Positions 25,425-40,597 of a DNA stretch of 64,000 nt are shown piece by piece. A model generated the notes under the pieces. The model was not told where the DNA came from. It did not search any database and worked only from the letters and a program-made list of their open reading frames with translations. Numbering within the stretch: the stretch's first letter is position 1; each line of letters starts with the position of its first letter. The position numbers were made by a program, and so were the translations under genes. This DNA is from the human T2T-CHM13v2.0 reference genome, Homo sapiens: assembly GCF_009914755.1 (NCBI RefSeq), contig NC_060947.1; one strand, written 5' to 3'.

Positions 25425-27710
25425 ATATGGTGGAGTGCTAGACTCACTAAGGCAGACAGCGCCGGGCCTGTATCACCCTCTTGAAGCTTCTTAACGTCTC
25501 TGAATCTTCTCTTCATCTGCAAAATTGCAGAGAATAATACTGCATTGGAGATTAAGTTTCAACATGAATTTTGGAGGGATATAGCATTCAAAGCATAGCA
25601 TGCCATCCTTGCCCCCCTCCCCCCCCAAAATTCATGTCCTTCTCACATACAAAATATCTTCATTCCATCTCAATAGCTCCAAAAGCCTTAACTCGTTCCA
25701 GCATCAACTTTAAGTCCAACGTCTCATCTAAATATCATCTAAATTAGATGTGGGTGAGACTCAAGGTGTGATTCATCCTAAAGAAAATTCCTCTCCAGCT
25801 GTGAGCCTGTGAAATCAAACAAGTTATGTGCTTCCAAAATACAATGGTGGACAGGCATAGGATAGACATTCCCTTCCTAAAGGGAGAAACAGGAAGGAAG
25901 AAAGGGGTGACTGGTTCCAAATGAGTTCAAAACTCTACAAAGCAAGCAACATTAAATCTTAAAGCTGGAGAATAATCTTTGACTCAATGTCCTGCCTTCT
26001 GGCCTCACTGGGACTCACTGGACTCAGGGGTCCATGGCTTTGCTGGGTGCAGCCCAGGTAGCTCTCCCAGGTACCTGCAGCTCTCCCAGGCTGGTGTTGC
26101 ATGCTGGTGGTTCTACAGTTAGTTACAAGTCTTGGGGGAGGCCCCACCCTGTGGCTCCACTAAGCATTGCCCTAGTGAGGGCTCTCAGTGGTGGCCCTGC
26201 TCCTGTGGCACTTCTCTGCCTAGGCCCCAAGGCTCTCCAAGGCATCCATTAAATCTAGGTGTAGGCAGCCTCCATGGCTCCTGTACTCTGCATGCCTGCA
26301 GAGTTAGCACCATGTGAATGTCTCCAGGTTTGCCATTGCTGCCCACCTGAGCCTGCTGGAGCACAACCAGGTGGCTAAGGAGTGCTGTACCAGAATTCAT
26401 GGAGTAGAAGCTTGAGGCAGCCCTGGGCAGCAGCCTCGAGGTTCCCTGGGCCCCTCTTCTGAAACCATTCTGCCCTCAAGGGGAAGAATCTAGGCCTCTG
26501 GAAATCTGGGCCTCTGATGGGGGTGGCAGCACCATTCTCCAAAATGCCTTTGGGGTCATTCTTCCAATGTCTTGCTAAATAGCACCTGGCTTCTGCCTAT
26601 CCCTCCTAACTTCCTTATCAGCAGGTAGCTCGGCCACATTCTTGGTGTTCTCTCTCAAACACCCTTTTCATTCTTTACACGGCCAAGCTGAGAATTTCCA
26701 AATCTTTAAGTTCTGCTTCTCTTTTGATTATAAATTCGGTCTGTAATTCATTTCTCTCTTCTTGCATTTTACCATAGGCTTCAAGAGAAGCCATGCAGCA
26801 CCCTGAGTACTTTGCTAATACCCTCGTTCATTGTTCTCAAGTTCTACCTTCCACAAAGCACTAGGACACAGCCATAATTCAGCTAAGTTTTTTTCTGCTT
26901 TGTAACAAGAACAACCTTTCCTCCAGTTTCCAGTCCACAGCATGTTCCTCACCTCCAACACCTCATCAGAATGGCCTTTACTATCCATATTTCTACCAAC
27001 ATTCTGGTCATGACCACTTAAGTAATCTCTAAGAAAACTGAGGCTCTTACTACAGTTATCCTCTTATTCTGCACTTTCATGAGAATCAGCCTTTATGGAC
27101 CATTCGTGGTAATACAGGCTTTTTCTAGCCTATTCTTTCAAATTCTTCTTGCTTCCACCCATTACCCAGTTCCAAAGCTGCTTCCACATTTCCAGGCATT
27201 TGTTAGAGCAAGACCCTACTTCTTGTTACCAATTTTTATCTTAGTCTTTTCATGCTGCTATAACAAAATACATGAGACTAGGTAATTTATAAATAATAGA
27301 AATTTATTTCTTTCAGTCTTGGAGGCTGGGAAGTTCAAGGCACCAGCAAGTTTGATGTCTGGTGAGGGCTGCTCTCTGCTTCCAAGATGGCACCTTCTTG
27401 CTGCATCCTCCGAAAGGTATGAACACTATGTCCTCACGTGGCAGAAGGGATAGAAGGACAAAAAAAGCCTAACACTCTATAAAGCCTCTTTTATAAGGTC
27501 CTCAATCCCATTCATGGAGAAAGAGCCCTCATGACCTAATCACCTCCTAATGGCTCCACCTCTTAAATACTATTGCATTGGAGAATAAGTTTCTACATGA
27601 ATTCTGGAAAGCAGACATTCAAACCATAGAAAATACCTTCTATCATGGTGTTATCATGAGGATAAAATATGATATTGCATATGAACTGGGGACTCAGTAA
27701 ATGTTACTCT
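25425..27710 (+). mobile_element. MIR (25425-25540 and 27632-27710), split by MLT1A element
   Basis: ctctgaatcttctcttcatctgcaaaattgcagagaataatac, resuming aatacctt...gaggataaaatatgata...ctcagtaaatgtta. Confidence 0.7.
25541..27631 (-). mobile_element. MLT1A1/MST-type MaLR: truncated LTR 25541-25600, internal ~25601-27236, LTR ~27237-27631
   Basis: MST/MLT-int motifs (ctccagctgtgagcctgtgaaatcaaacaagttatgtgcttccaaaatacaatggtgg); LTR gagggctgctctctgcttccaagatgg; TSD aatac. Confidence 0.85.
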
Positions 27711-27924
27711 GAACTAAGTAGGAGTCTGAAAGTGTCCACCAGGTGCAAATGTAGGGCCACACCTTCCATCCTAACCTCACCACCTTCTTCCAGGTTGACA
27801 TGAACACCCTTTAATACCAAGGACAAGGCAGCAGGTGTTGTCAGTGCCTCACCTATAGCCCCTCAGCCTACCCAAGTGTCACACTCTTAGCTGTGTTTTC
27901 TATTCCTCTGCTTGAGAGCTCTCT

Positions 27925-29121
<1,197 letters not shown>

Positions 29122-29974
29122 TGAGAGCGCTCTCTGGCTGCAGTGGCATTTTCAGACCACGTCTGAGGCAGCCTAGAAGTGCCAGGGAGTTTACACTCTT
29201 CCAGAACAGTCCACAAACAGTGAAAGCCACGGGTTGGTGAAGAAATGCCTCAGCTTCCTCATCCTCAGTGGGGGACAGTTTTGAGGACCTGTCTCCCTGA
29301 AAGGGTCCCTTGAGGGATTGAGCCTTAGTGTCCACATTGGAAACCCACCTAAAGCACCCTTTGTTGGCTTTCCTTCCTTCTTTGTCTCACTTCTCTCTCA
29401 CTGTCCTTTCTGGGCTCACCTCCCAAATGAATTACTTGCACTGGAATCCTGAGGTCTGTTTTTAGGGGAGCCCAAACTAAGACCAAGGACAAGAGGGGGA
29501 AGGATCTCACAGAGTTTGGCTGAGTCCACACTGGGGTCCCCCTGCCCGAGCAGGCCCAGGCGGCTGGAGAGACTCAACCCCAGGTGCCATGGTGCTTCCT
29601 GGAAAGAATCAGCCTTAGGAAAGAGAAAACGATAAGCAGCACCTGGCCCAGTGCCAGAGAACAGAGCTGCAGCAGAGGACAGAACAATCTGTCACTAAAA
29701 TCGTCCTCCTCCTCCACCCAGTGGGGTTCTGTCTGCACCCACGAGCAAAGAGATTTAGAGAAATAGCAAGGAAAATCTAAATGGTGGAGAGAATGAAGCA
29801 CCTCACCTCTGCAGTGTTGATGGCCATAGAGAAGGCAGAGATGGGCCCAGGGCTCTCGATCCTGGATATCACTGGGCTGCTTTTAGTGACAATGGGTGAC
29901 CCAGCCCGGCCATCCCAGCAGCCATTGCAGAGATATGGAAATAGCTTCTCAGCCTTCTGCCTCCAAAAGTGCCT

Positions 29975-30691
29975 CTACTTCACACCCATTAGGATAACTA
30001 TTATGAAAAAACAGAAAATAACAAGTGTTGGGAGGATATAGAAAAATTGGGACACTTGTGCACTGCTAGTGGGAATGTAAAATGGAATAGCCACTGTGGA
30101 AACAGTATGATGGTTCCTCAAAACATTAAACATAGAGTTACCATATGATCCAGCAATCCTGCTTCTGGGCATATACCCAAAAGAACTGAAGGCAGGGGTG
30201 CAAAGAGGTATTTGTCCAACCACACTCATAGCAGCATTATTAACAATAGAAAAAGGTAGAAACAATCAAAGTGTGTATCGATGGATGAATGAATAAAAAT
30301 GTGGTATATCCATACAATGGAATATTAGCCTTAAAAGAGAATAATGTACTGACACATGCTACAACATGGATGGACGTTGAAGACATTATACTAAGTGAAA
30401 GAAGCCAGACACAAAAAGACAAATACTGAGGACATTTATCTGATGTTCCTAGAGTAGTCAAATTTAGAGACAGAAAGTAGAATGGTGCTTGCCGGGGGCT
30501 GCCGGGAGAGGGGAATGGGGAGTTAATGCTTAATGGGTACAGAGTTTTAGTTTTGCAAGATGAAAAAGCTCTGCAGATGGATGGTGCTGATGGCCGCACA
30601 ACAATGTGTATGTAGTGAATGCCATTGAATTGTACACTTAAAATGGTTTAAATAATCAATTTTATGTAATTTTACAATTTTAAAAATAAAA
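29975..30691 (+). mobile_element. L1MB3-like 3' end
   Basis: cacacccattaggat...gagacagaaagtagaatggtg...gggtacagagttttagttttgcaagatgaaaaag. Confidence 0.9.
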
Positions 30692-30767
30692 TCAATGCCT
30701 CCAGCCCCCCATCCCATCTTCCCCCACCTCCTCCTCGCTTCCTCTCAGCATCCCTGCTTTCCTGATT

Positions 30768-30917
30768 TCTTTTTATTGTATTTTATTCGTGTATTAAATA
30801 GGAATGGGGTCTCGCTATGTTGCCCAGGCTGGTCATGAAGTCCTGGCCTCAAGCAATCCTCTCAACCTCAATCTCCCAAGGTGCTAACATTACAAGCATG
30901 AGCAACTGCACCTGGCC
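30768..30917 (-). mobile_element. FLAM_C
   Basis: Single left-arm monomer ggggtctcgctatgttgcccagg...gcacctggcc. Confidence 0.85.
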
Positions 30918-31020
30918 TCCTAAAGACATATGGCTTGGCTCTGTGGTGAGGTTCCTGCTCCTCCTCTTGCACCCATGAATTGACAACCAGTTTGTGATCC
31001 AAGCTTTAACTCTTAACACC

Positions 31021-31481
31021 TGTCTTAGGTCAGGCTCCCTTGAAGCAGAAGCTGAGACAGGGATTCTTATGCAAGTGAATGAATGAGCAAGTGCTCTCAG
31101 AAGGAACCTGCAGAGGAAGAAAGGAGGCAGGAGGTGAGAGGAGAAGAGGAGAAAAAGAGATGTGGTTCAGCTGAAGTCTCACCTTGGCTTGGTCCTGTGG
31201 GGAGCTCTAAAATGTGAAGGTACCACAGGCTCACCCACCTTGAGGCAAGGAAGTGGGTTTTTCTGCCTTCCTCTCAGTCAGCTATGGACTACTGACCACT
31301 GTGTGGCAGAGGGGGTGGTAATCTCCCAGACATTTCCCAGTGGGTGCTCTCATCCAACTGAGGGCAATTGTCAGGAGAAGGGAGCAGCTATGAGTCATCA
31401 ACACCTGACACTCACAACAACCAGGGATAGGAGCACCAGCCTGCTAAAGGGAACCTGAGGCATCAGTGGCTTCTTCCATAC
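31021..31481 (-). mobile_element. LTR16 (C/E-like) solo LTR
   Basis: tgtcttaggtcaggctccc...aagcagaagctgagacagggattc...ctgagggcaattgtc...taaagggaacctg. Confidence 0.75.
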
Positions 31482-31684
31482 ACCCTTCCAGAAAACAAGT
31501 TCTGATCTCTGTTCCCTATCCCCAGTCCTGCACAGATGGATGAGAGACACCTCTGTTTAGCAGAAGCAACAGTGTCGGGGTTGAGTCCTGGCTCCAGAGT
31601 ACACCATGTGTATCTCCTGGGCAACTTCATTGATTTCTCTCAGTCTCAGCTTCCACATCTATAAAATGGGAATGGGAATGGGAC

Positions 31685-32550
<866 letters not shown>

Positions 32551-32649
32551 AGGAATGCCTGCCTTGCAGAGGGTTGTGAAGATTCAATGAGATAATACGT
32601 ACACAGAGAGGTGTCTAATAATGGTCACTGTAATTCTCAGAAGGCCAGT

Positions 32650-33760
32650 ACAAAACAGGGGTGAGAGCCACTTCCTCTGTTGTCTGTGAACATTATCTCA
32701 TTGGACCCACAAGCAGTGAGCAGACGCCTTGTGGGTTCACCCTCCTACTCAGAATTTAACTCAAAAATCCCTTTTTGATGCCCTGACATTGTTTAAGGTT
32801 CAGTTCACCACTGAGCCTTCCTGGCACTACTCTTAGTGTTCTTTGCAACTGTTTTCTGTTCTTTGTTGGCTATCTGCCAGCTCTTCTGCATGATTTTTTT
32901 TTTAATTGTGTTCATCAGGGCCCCCTGTGTAGCAGTAGCTCTTCATCAGGTTCGTCTTTTCTTCCTCCTTGGGCTCCTTTGTGGTGGCCAACTTGGAATT
33001 TTATTTTTGAGTTCTTCCAACCTTCTGGATGGTCTCTTTAATGTCTCAAGCCGTGAGTTCCTACCTCTGTTTGCTCTAAAGCACTATTCCTCAAAATGCC
33101 TTCTGGGAACCCCCTGAATTAAGAACACCTAAAATTCCTGGCCCCACTCCCAAAGTACCCAATCAATCTTGGAGGCAGAGCTGCAGGGGAATCTGTATCA
33201 GCCCTTGTTCACGTATATAAACCCTTCCACACTGAAGCCTGAGAACCACTGTTTCAAGACTTTTGAAGTCTGACCAGCCCACTCTTCATGACCCTCTTCT
33301 GAGATGATGAACTCACCTTCACCCAAGGTCCGGTCTTGCTGCCTCACCAAATAGTTCCCGCTTCTTGGTTTGAATTTAACTCTAGTAGCAATTCCTCACT
33401 GGCCGCTCCTCTACCTTATAGGAGGTGAGAGTGTCAGCAAGGCAAGCCAAGAGTTAGTTCAGATGCTCTGCTCGTAGCTGATGAGAACTCTGAGCAACCA
33501 CCCAATTGGTGGTGCCCTCATCAGTAGGTCTCTCACCTCTGGGCTAGTTGTGTGGTTGTAGTAAAGAACCATCATCAGTTTCCCCCATCTGGTCCAGCAG
33601 CCTGAAATATGCTTCTGCAACAATATGACTTCTGTTCCCTTTGCTTTTGATCTCCACCCACATGATTCCCAACACAGCCCTGCCCTCAGGACTGTGAATT
33701 TCCATGTGGGTGTGAATCTTTTTATCATGTGCAGATGCTTCACCTCCCTTCTAATTTTTT
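32650..33760 (-). mobile_element. L3/CR1 ORF2 fragment including the endonuclease region, split by MER5
   Basis: Minus-strand translation ESMWVEIKSKGNRSHIVAEAYFRLLDQMGETDD (frameshifted) resembles the CR1 endonuclease (ESLWV.IK..N..DIVVG.YYRPP.Q..E.D). Downstream ...SARKAQ...KKGFL resembles CR1 IRKAKAQ...NKKGFF. Confidence 0.7.
33081..33251. mobile_element. MER5B-like MITE
   Basis: aaattcctggccccactccc...gaatctgtat...cacactgaagcctgagaaccactg. Confidence 0.65.
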
Positions 33761-33865
33761 TTTTTTTTTTAACAAGGTCAACCTTCCTATGTCTACTCCA
33801 CCCACAGCCCCTTTCTGAAGATGGCCCTTCTGCTCAAGTGACTTTGGCGATAACTAATTGGACTA

Positions 33866-34330
33866 GTATTTCAGTTTGGGTTCCCCCAGAAGCAGACTGT
33901 GAGGCAAGGATTCACATGCAAGTAGTTTATTTAGGAGGTGATTCTGAGATGGACCAGTAGTGGAGTGAAGAAATGTGAGAAGGAAGGCAACCAATACAGG
34001 GTGCGTTGTCAAGCAAGTTACCACTCTGGATAACTGGAGCTCAGTGTTGCTGGAGAATAGTGTAGAAGACAAGCCTTGGGCAAAGAGGCAAAACAATTGG
34101 GGTAAAGGGGTAAAAGGATTGGGTGTTTAGACACTAACTCTTGTCAGTCACTAGGCATTCATACCCAGTACTTCTAGCTAGCCACACCTATCTGGACAGA
34201 ACAATGACCAGAGAAGGCCCCAGGCAAAGAGATGTAGGGAGGCGCTGGCAGTTGGAAATGTGGCCAGCATGCATTGAAATGGTAAAAGCAAGAAGCTATG
34301 AACAGGGCACTCCCACCATCTGCTGCAACA
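33866..34330 (-). mobile_element. LTR16A/B solo LTR
   Basis: agtttgggttcccccagaagcagactgtgaggcaaggattcacatgcaagtagtttatttaggaggtgat...gctggcagttggaa. Confidence 0.85.
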
Positions 34331-34396
34331 AAGCATGAATCCCCTGGCTGGGGGAAACACACACCTATGTCAAAGTCTCTGAAAACTTGAACCAAG

Positions 34397-34820
34397 TGTC
34401 TTAGTTTGTTTATGCTGCTATAACAAAACACCTGAGACTGGGTAATTTACAAAGAACAGAAATTTATTTTCTCACAGTTATGGAGGCTGGGAAGTCCAAG
34501 ATCAAGGCACCAGCAGATTTGGTGTCTGTGAGGGCTGCTCTCTGCTTCCAAGATGGCACCTTATTGCTGCATCTTCACATGGCAGAAGGCAAAAAGGCAA
34601 AAGGGGATGAATGCTGTATCCTCACACGGCAGAAGAGCTGAAAAGGAATGAACTGACTCCTTCAAGCCCTTTTATAAGGGCCCTAATCCCATCTATGACA
34701 TTATGACTTAATGGGGTCCTCATGACTTAATCACTTCTTAAAGGCCCCACTTCTTACAACCATCACACTGGCAATTGAGTTTCAACATATGAATTTGGAG
34801 GACGCATTCAGACCATAGCA
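34397..34820 (-). mobile_element. MLT1A1-like solo LTR
   Basis: tgtcttagttt...cattcagaccatagca; TSD ccaag/ccagg. Confidence 0.9.
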
Positions 34821-36299
34821 CCAGGAGACACAGAAACCATGATCATATAGTATGATTGCTTGAATTGAGAAGCTCCACCAAACTGAGATGGAGCAATCTG
34901 TTTAAGCTACATAGATGCTAATGAATAAACAGGTACAAATCCACCCGCAATGGCATAGATGAGAATGGGGAGGATAAGCAAGGAAAATGAGAAATAAGAG
35001 AACATGTGGCTCCAGGAAAGAGAAGAGAGGTTGGCAGCCTTGGATCCTATCAGCTTGTTTGCAATGCCAGTCCTCGAACCACTGTTATTTGTCCCATGAG
35101 ATGCACCGTGCCTATTTAATAAAGGTTTCTTTAATTGAACCAATGTAAGTAGGCCTATGTTCCATCTAACCAAAATCTATGAGGTCTTCTGTTGACATCT
35201 CAAATTTATTTTGTGTTTATACCCTGTACACAGGTATATGGATTTCTAAGGCAATAGGACTGTTCATAATGCCCTTTTTAATCCCTTTCTTGAATTCTAC
35301 AAGGCATTTCTCCCCCACCCTCACCTGTTCCATTGTCTTTTGGCTCAGATCAACACATCTCACTGCAATGTAAGTTCTTCTCTGTCCTTGTGAGAAGTGT
35401 TGCCTCAATACTCCCAGCCCACCACAACAGTGCCTTAGGCCAAGATTCTCACCACATTATACATCTTATGTGAGAAATCCACCATGAACCCTGATCCTGG
35501 AATTTTTCTGCAGCCTGAATTGAGGGTCAATTTCTGCAGCCTCTATGCAGCAAGTGTGGTACAGGCAGGCTGATGACACAATCTTTAGATGCCACATGAT
35601 CATGTGGTTAACCAGATCCCAGGAGAATCGGAGAGGGCCATCTGGGCTTGGAGTCAGAGAGTTTCCTGCAGGCTCTTTGCTGCATTGGTTTGTCAGGTCC
35701 TGGGACTCAAAAGCAAAACCACACAATCTAGCTTCTCAGGCCCTGGTAGCCACGTGTCTGTGAATTGCCACTAAAAGCCAAGTATCCAGGGCCTGGGTCT
35801 TTTCATTCTAGTTAAAGATCTTAATCTCCCAGTTCAGACACCCCTATCCTAGTCTTGATTCAAATTCTGTTCACTGGATCTGAGCTAGGGGCGCTCAATG
35901 AAGTCAGATTTTCTGGCATTTTATTTTTCCAATTTGCAAATGTAGCACTATGGTAATACAAGTTCTTTTACTTGGCTAGAAATTCTGCCCTAGCAGCATT
36001 TAATTAATGCATTACATTAAGAGTTTCAAATATTTCTTGGAAGTAGGTGGGAAATTAATATAAAACTAAATAAATAAGCATTTTCTTTCTTTAAAGCCAG
36101 TATTTTTGACATGCAACAAATGCTTACCAGAGTAAAAACTCAATTCACTGGCGCCTACGCTGATGAAAATCCTGCAGCAATCAGGATGTATTTTGGACAC
36201 TGAGCTTTTAAGAAAAAAGATACAAATGAAATAAGCAGCACAGCTCCTTGAACCAAGCTGGTACTCTTAGACCATTTGGTGATAGACTTCATTTTTTTA

Positions 36300-36570
36300 A
36301 ATGTTAGTATTTTTTTAGTTATAAAATTAACATGTAATCATGGTGAAAATTTCAAACTTGATATAAACAACAAAAAAAGTTCCTCCTACCCCTATCCCAC
36401 CTCTAGTCCCAGGCCCAGAGGTATCCTCTATTAACAGCTTCTTCAGTGTTCCTCTAGAATTTTCCATGTATATACAAGTATATATACACAGCATAAATTT
36501 AGTTAATCTAATGGCATTATACTTAGCATATTATTCAGGCATTTGCATTTTAACACAACAGTATATTGGC
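36300..36570 (-). mobile_element. L1ME4-like 3' fragment
   Basis: cccagaggtatcctctattaacag...aatggcattatact. Confidence 0.6.
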
Positions 36571-36982
36571 TAACTTTTTAAAAGAAGAATTTAGGTATAT
36601 CCTGGACTTGGTATAAATCCAGCCTCTGTCTTTTAAATTTGTAGTTCTATACGGAAAGAATTGATGTCCACTCTATAACCCTGAGGATACAAAATGCCAA
36701 TTCACCAAACATTCCATTATGTTTAGTATCATGTAACAGTTAGCTTTTTCTGCACAACAAACTACCCCATAAGTCAGTAGCTTTAAACAATAACCACTTA
36801 TTTAGCTTAAGGATCAGTAGAGTAGCAATATGAGCTGGGCTCAGCTGGGCTGCTCTGCTGGTCACAGGCAGGCACACTTAGGCACCTGTGGGCAGCTGCC
36901 AAATCAGCTGAGGTATCCCATAATCCAGTAAGCAAGCCCAGGGCTCATTCACATGGTGGTGGCCACAGGGCCCCTGGGAGTG

Positions 36983-37384
36983 TGACATAGTTTGGATGTT
37001 TGTCCCCTCCAAATCTCATGTTGAAATGTGATCTCCAATGTTGGAGGTGGGGCCTAGTGTGAGGTATTTCAGCCATGGAGGCAGATCCCCCATGAATGGC
37101 TTGTGCCCTTCCCATGGTAATGAGTTACCATGAAATTTGGTTGTTAAAAAGAGTGTGGGACCTCTCCACTCTCTCTCTTGCTTCCTCTCTCACCATGTGA
37201 CACACCTACTGCCCCTTTGCCTTCCACCATGAGTAAAAGCTTCCTGAGGCCTCACCAGAAGCCAAGCAGACGCTGATGCCATGCCTGTACAGCCTGCAGA
37301 CCTGTAAGCCAAATAAACCTCTTTTCTTTATAAATTACCCACCCCTGTGTATTAATTTATAGCAATGCAAAATGGAATAACACA
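36983..37384 (+). mobile_element. MSTB solo LTR
   Basis: tgacatagtttggatgtttgtcccctccaaatctcatgttgaaatg...; exact TSD gagtg. Confidence 0.9.
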
Positions 37385-37551
37385 GAGTGTGAGAGGGCAA
37401 ACCACAGTGCATAGCAGTTTGTAAGCATCTACTTGTGTCACATTTGCTAAGGTCCCATTGGCCAAAGCAAATCACATGGCCAAGGTCAGAATCAAGGAGT
37501 GGAGAAAGCATTTCCACCTCTTGATGGGAGGTGGAGAATTTGTGGTCATTT

Positions 37552-38340
37552 CTGACACATGAAAAATGCTCATCATCACTGGCCATCAGAGAAATGCAAA
37601 TCAAAACCACAATGAGATACCATCTCACACCAGTTAGAATGGCGATCATTAAAAAGTCAGGAAACAACAGGTACTGGAGAGGATGTGGAGAAATAGGAAC
37701 ACTTTTACACTGTTGGTGGGACTGTAAACTAGTTCAACCATTGTGGAAGTCAGTGTGGCGATTCCTCAGGGATCTAGAACTAGAAATACCATTTGACCCA
37801 GCCATCCCATTACTGGATATATACCCAAAGGATTATAAATCATGCTGCTATAAACACACATGCACATGTATGTTTATTGCGGCACTATTCACAATAGCAA
37901 AGACTTGGAACAAACCCAAATGTCCTTCAATGATAGACTGGATTAAGAAAATGTGGCACATATACACATGGAATACTATGCAGCCATAAAAAATGATGAG
38001 TTCATGTCCTTTGTAGGGACATGGATGAAGCTGGAAACCATCATTCTCAGCAAACTATCACAAGGACAAAAAACCAAACACTGCATGTTCTCACTCACAG
38101 GTGGGAATTGAACAATGAGAACACATGGACACAGGAAGGGGAACATCACACACTGGGGCCTGTTTTGGGGTGGGGGGAGGGGGAGGGATAGCATTAGGAG
38201 ATATACCTAATGCTAAATGACGAGTTAATGGGTGCAGCACACCAACATGGCACATGTATACATATGTAACAAACCTGCACGTTGTGCACATGTACCCTAA
38301 AACTTGAAGTATAATGAAAAAAAAAAGAAAAAAGAAAAAA
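37552..38340 (+). mobile_element. L1PA (PA3/PA4-like), 5'-truncated, ~790 bp
   Basis: ORF2 C-terminus ([24 protein letters not shown]...), 3'UTR G tract and A tail; exact 17-bp TSD agaatttgtggtcattt at 37535-37551 and 38341-38357. Confidence 0.95.
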
Positions 38341-38854
38341 AGAATTTGTGGTCATTTTTGCAATCTACCACATATTTTGCGGGGGATGTTGGGGGAAGGC
38401 AGGATCTCATTTTAAACAGAAAATCAAATTAACCAAATTTCCACCCTCACTCTAAATATTTGGAATGCATGAAATTTTCTAGGAGAAGTAGGAATGAGAA
38501 CAGTCTGTTATGCAGAGCATAACTCTGGTACAGTGTGGAACCAGAGTTCTGGCTCCAAGTTGTGCTCTAGTTTATACTAACAGTCACGGATGATGTACTC
38601 ATTAGAAACAGGAAAGGCAGCAAAGCAGTGGGATGTTCTAGCAGATTCTTCCTGATGATGCCCACAAATAAAAAGGTGGAATAAATGCACAGAGACTACC
38701 TAGAAACAGCACCCACAGCCACTTTCTTTTGAGGCTTGGTAATTTGGTTAATAATTAGAAGAAAAAACAATGTGATGGTATAATATCTTGAAATAATAAC
38801 TGGATTTTCTTTCCTACATTTTTCCTCTTGCCTCTACAAGCCTTTAGTGCATCA

Positions 38855-39935
38855 TGTCAGTGGCATCCATGATGTGTATGCACGTAGGAGGGGTGAGAAC
38901 ACAGCCTGAGACAAAGAAGCCATTTGAGTTTCCGCAAAGAGTTATAGAAAACTCAGAGCAGAAGCCAAAGTTTGAAAGTCAAGACTTTCTATGACCAGCA
39001 AAGAGTCCTTGAAAGAGTAAAGGTTTCTGTGTGCCGAGAGAATAAGAAGCTAAGGGGCTTGAAACAGACACTGCAGCTGCAAACAGCAGAGCAGGAAGAA
39101 GGCATGTTCCTGCCTCAAAGCAGACCAAGGTTAGGCCAGCCACCAAGAGGAGAGAATTGGAAGGGAGGAGATTTGAACTTAGATGATGGGCCCTCCATCA
39201 GAAGGGGCCCCTAGCTCACCCCCAAATAACCTTGCTGATCCCTGGGTCTGGGACAAGATGAATGCCAGAAGAAAGAGCAGATGAGTTTGGGTGAATCCCA
39301 GAGCAGAGGTGCTTTTCAGAGATACAATAGGTTTGGCAAAGATACTGCCCAAGGGGTAGAGTACGTGTGTTGGTAGGAGACGTCTTGGGCCTGGAAATGA
39401 GAACAATCTCAGAGAGCTGCTCACAGCTCAGCTTGGTCCAGAATAGCTGAGAGGCAGTCAGGAGGGTATGGAGAAGTTCCACAGCCAAGCAAGGAAGCTG
39501 CGGGTGATTGCATGCCCCCTGCCAGCTGGATGCAAAAAGGATACAGATGTTTTCCATGCACAAGCAGTGAAGGTGGTACTAATTGAACACCCACAGAGCC
39601 TGCACCCTCACCAACCAACCAGAGCAGGACAGAAACCAGCCTTCTACCAGAGGTCTTGCTCCCATGCCAGGACAACAGTCAGCCCAACAGAGCTCAGAAG
39701 CACTCGAAGTCGGGGGCAGAAACCTAAACTGATGGAGGTTTTTTTGTTTTTTGGGGGGTTTCTTTTTTGAGTTTTTTTTTTTTAAATCTGTAAGTGACTC
39801 AGTTTATATGGAGGGTTAGGTCAAGTTTTCTACAATTTGGTAAACTAGAGCAAACACCAAGCCAATTTCAGTTCAATTTCATAGAAATAAAAAATGTTAA
39901 ATACCTCACTCAATGATTGTGAAATTTGTACCACA
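38855..39935 (+). mobile_element. Possible ancient long LTR (LTR78-like)
   Basis: Begins tgtcagtgg...gcacgtaggagggg...caaagaagccattt...tagaaaactcaga, as I recall for LTR78; aataaa ~39886; ends ...ccaca. Confidence 0.45.
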
Positions 39936-40597
39936 CCTCTTCATTCCTTAATCCTCTCCCCCCATCTACTATAAGACATGGGAGAGGGTCCATTTGTTCA
40001 TTCCTGGGGGATAAACAGGTATTTACTAACTGTAATTGTGTTATAAGCAATGAAAATGAAAGTAATTCTGATTACTAACATATTGGGCATGTTTGGCCAT
40101 TGCGTCAATAAGACAAGCTCATGTGGACAGTATTCTTCTACTCCAGGCTGACTTAAGCATCTTGTAAATTGGGGTAATGACCCATCCAACGGGACCATGG
40201 AGACCAGGGGCCAGAGCATAGAAGTGACTCAGGAGAAGGGATCAGTGTGGCACAACTCCACGTGCCCATAAGTACAAGAGTAACTGGTTTGTTGGTGGAT
40301 GGGATATCCATGGTTCTCAATCACCACATCATGGCTGCCTTCCCAGCAATGCACAGAGACAGTCAGGAGCCAACTGGTCTCATACTACCATTGGATCTCC
40401 TTTGCACATCTTGGCCAGATTTATCTTTATTGTTGTTATTGTGGTAGTTGTTGTTAAGCACAGTTGCTACCGTGCCCCTCCCCCCTTATCAACCATTTGT
40501 GGATCTCCATTGCCCAGCACTATAGTCCTTTCTTCTTAGCAAAACCCCAACAGATTAAACAGATAAACAAGGATCTCCACTTGGTTTTCTATCCCTC

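Larger units (their letters stand above)
36732..38372 (-). mobile_element. MLT1H-like LTR, split by MSTB and L1PA
   Basis: ctttaaacaataacca...gctgggctcagctggg...cccattggccaaagcaaatcacatggccaag...gcaatctaccaca. Confidence 0.75.

Noticed and set aside
32820-33060. Codon-like minus-strand segment suggesting a processed pseudogene
   Set aside because: Better explained as the CR1/L3 ORF2 linker, collinear with the adjacent endonuclease-like segment.
37531-37989. 152-aa ORF
   Set aside because: L1 ORF2 C-terminus in a 5'-truncated copy with no promoter.
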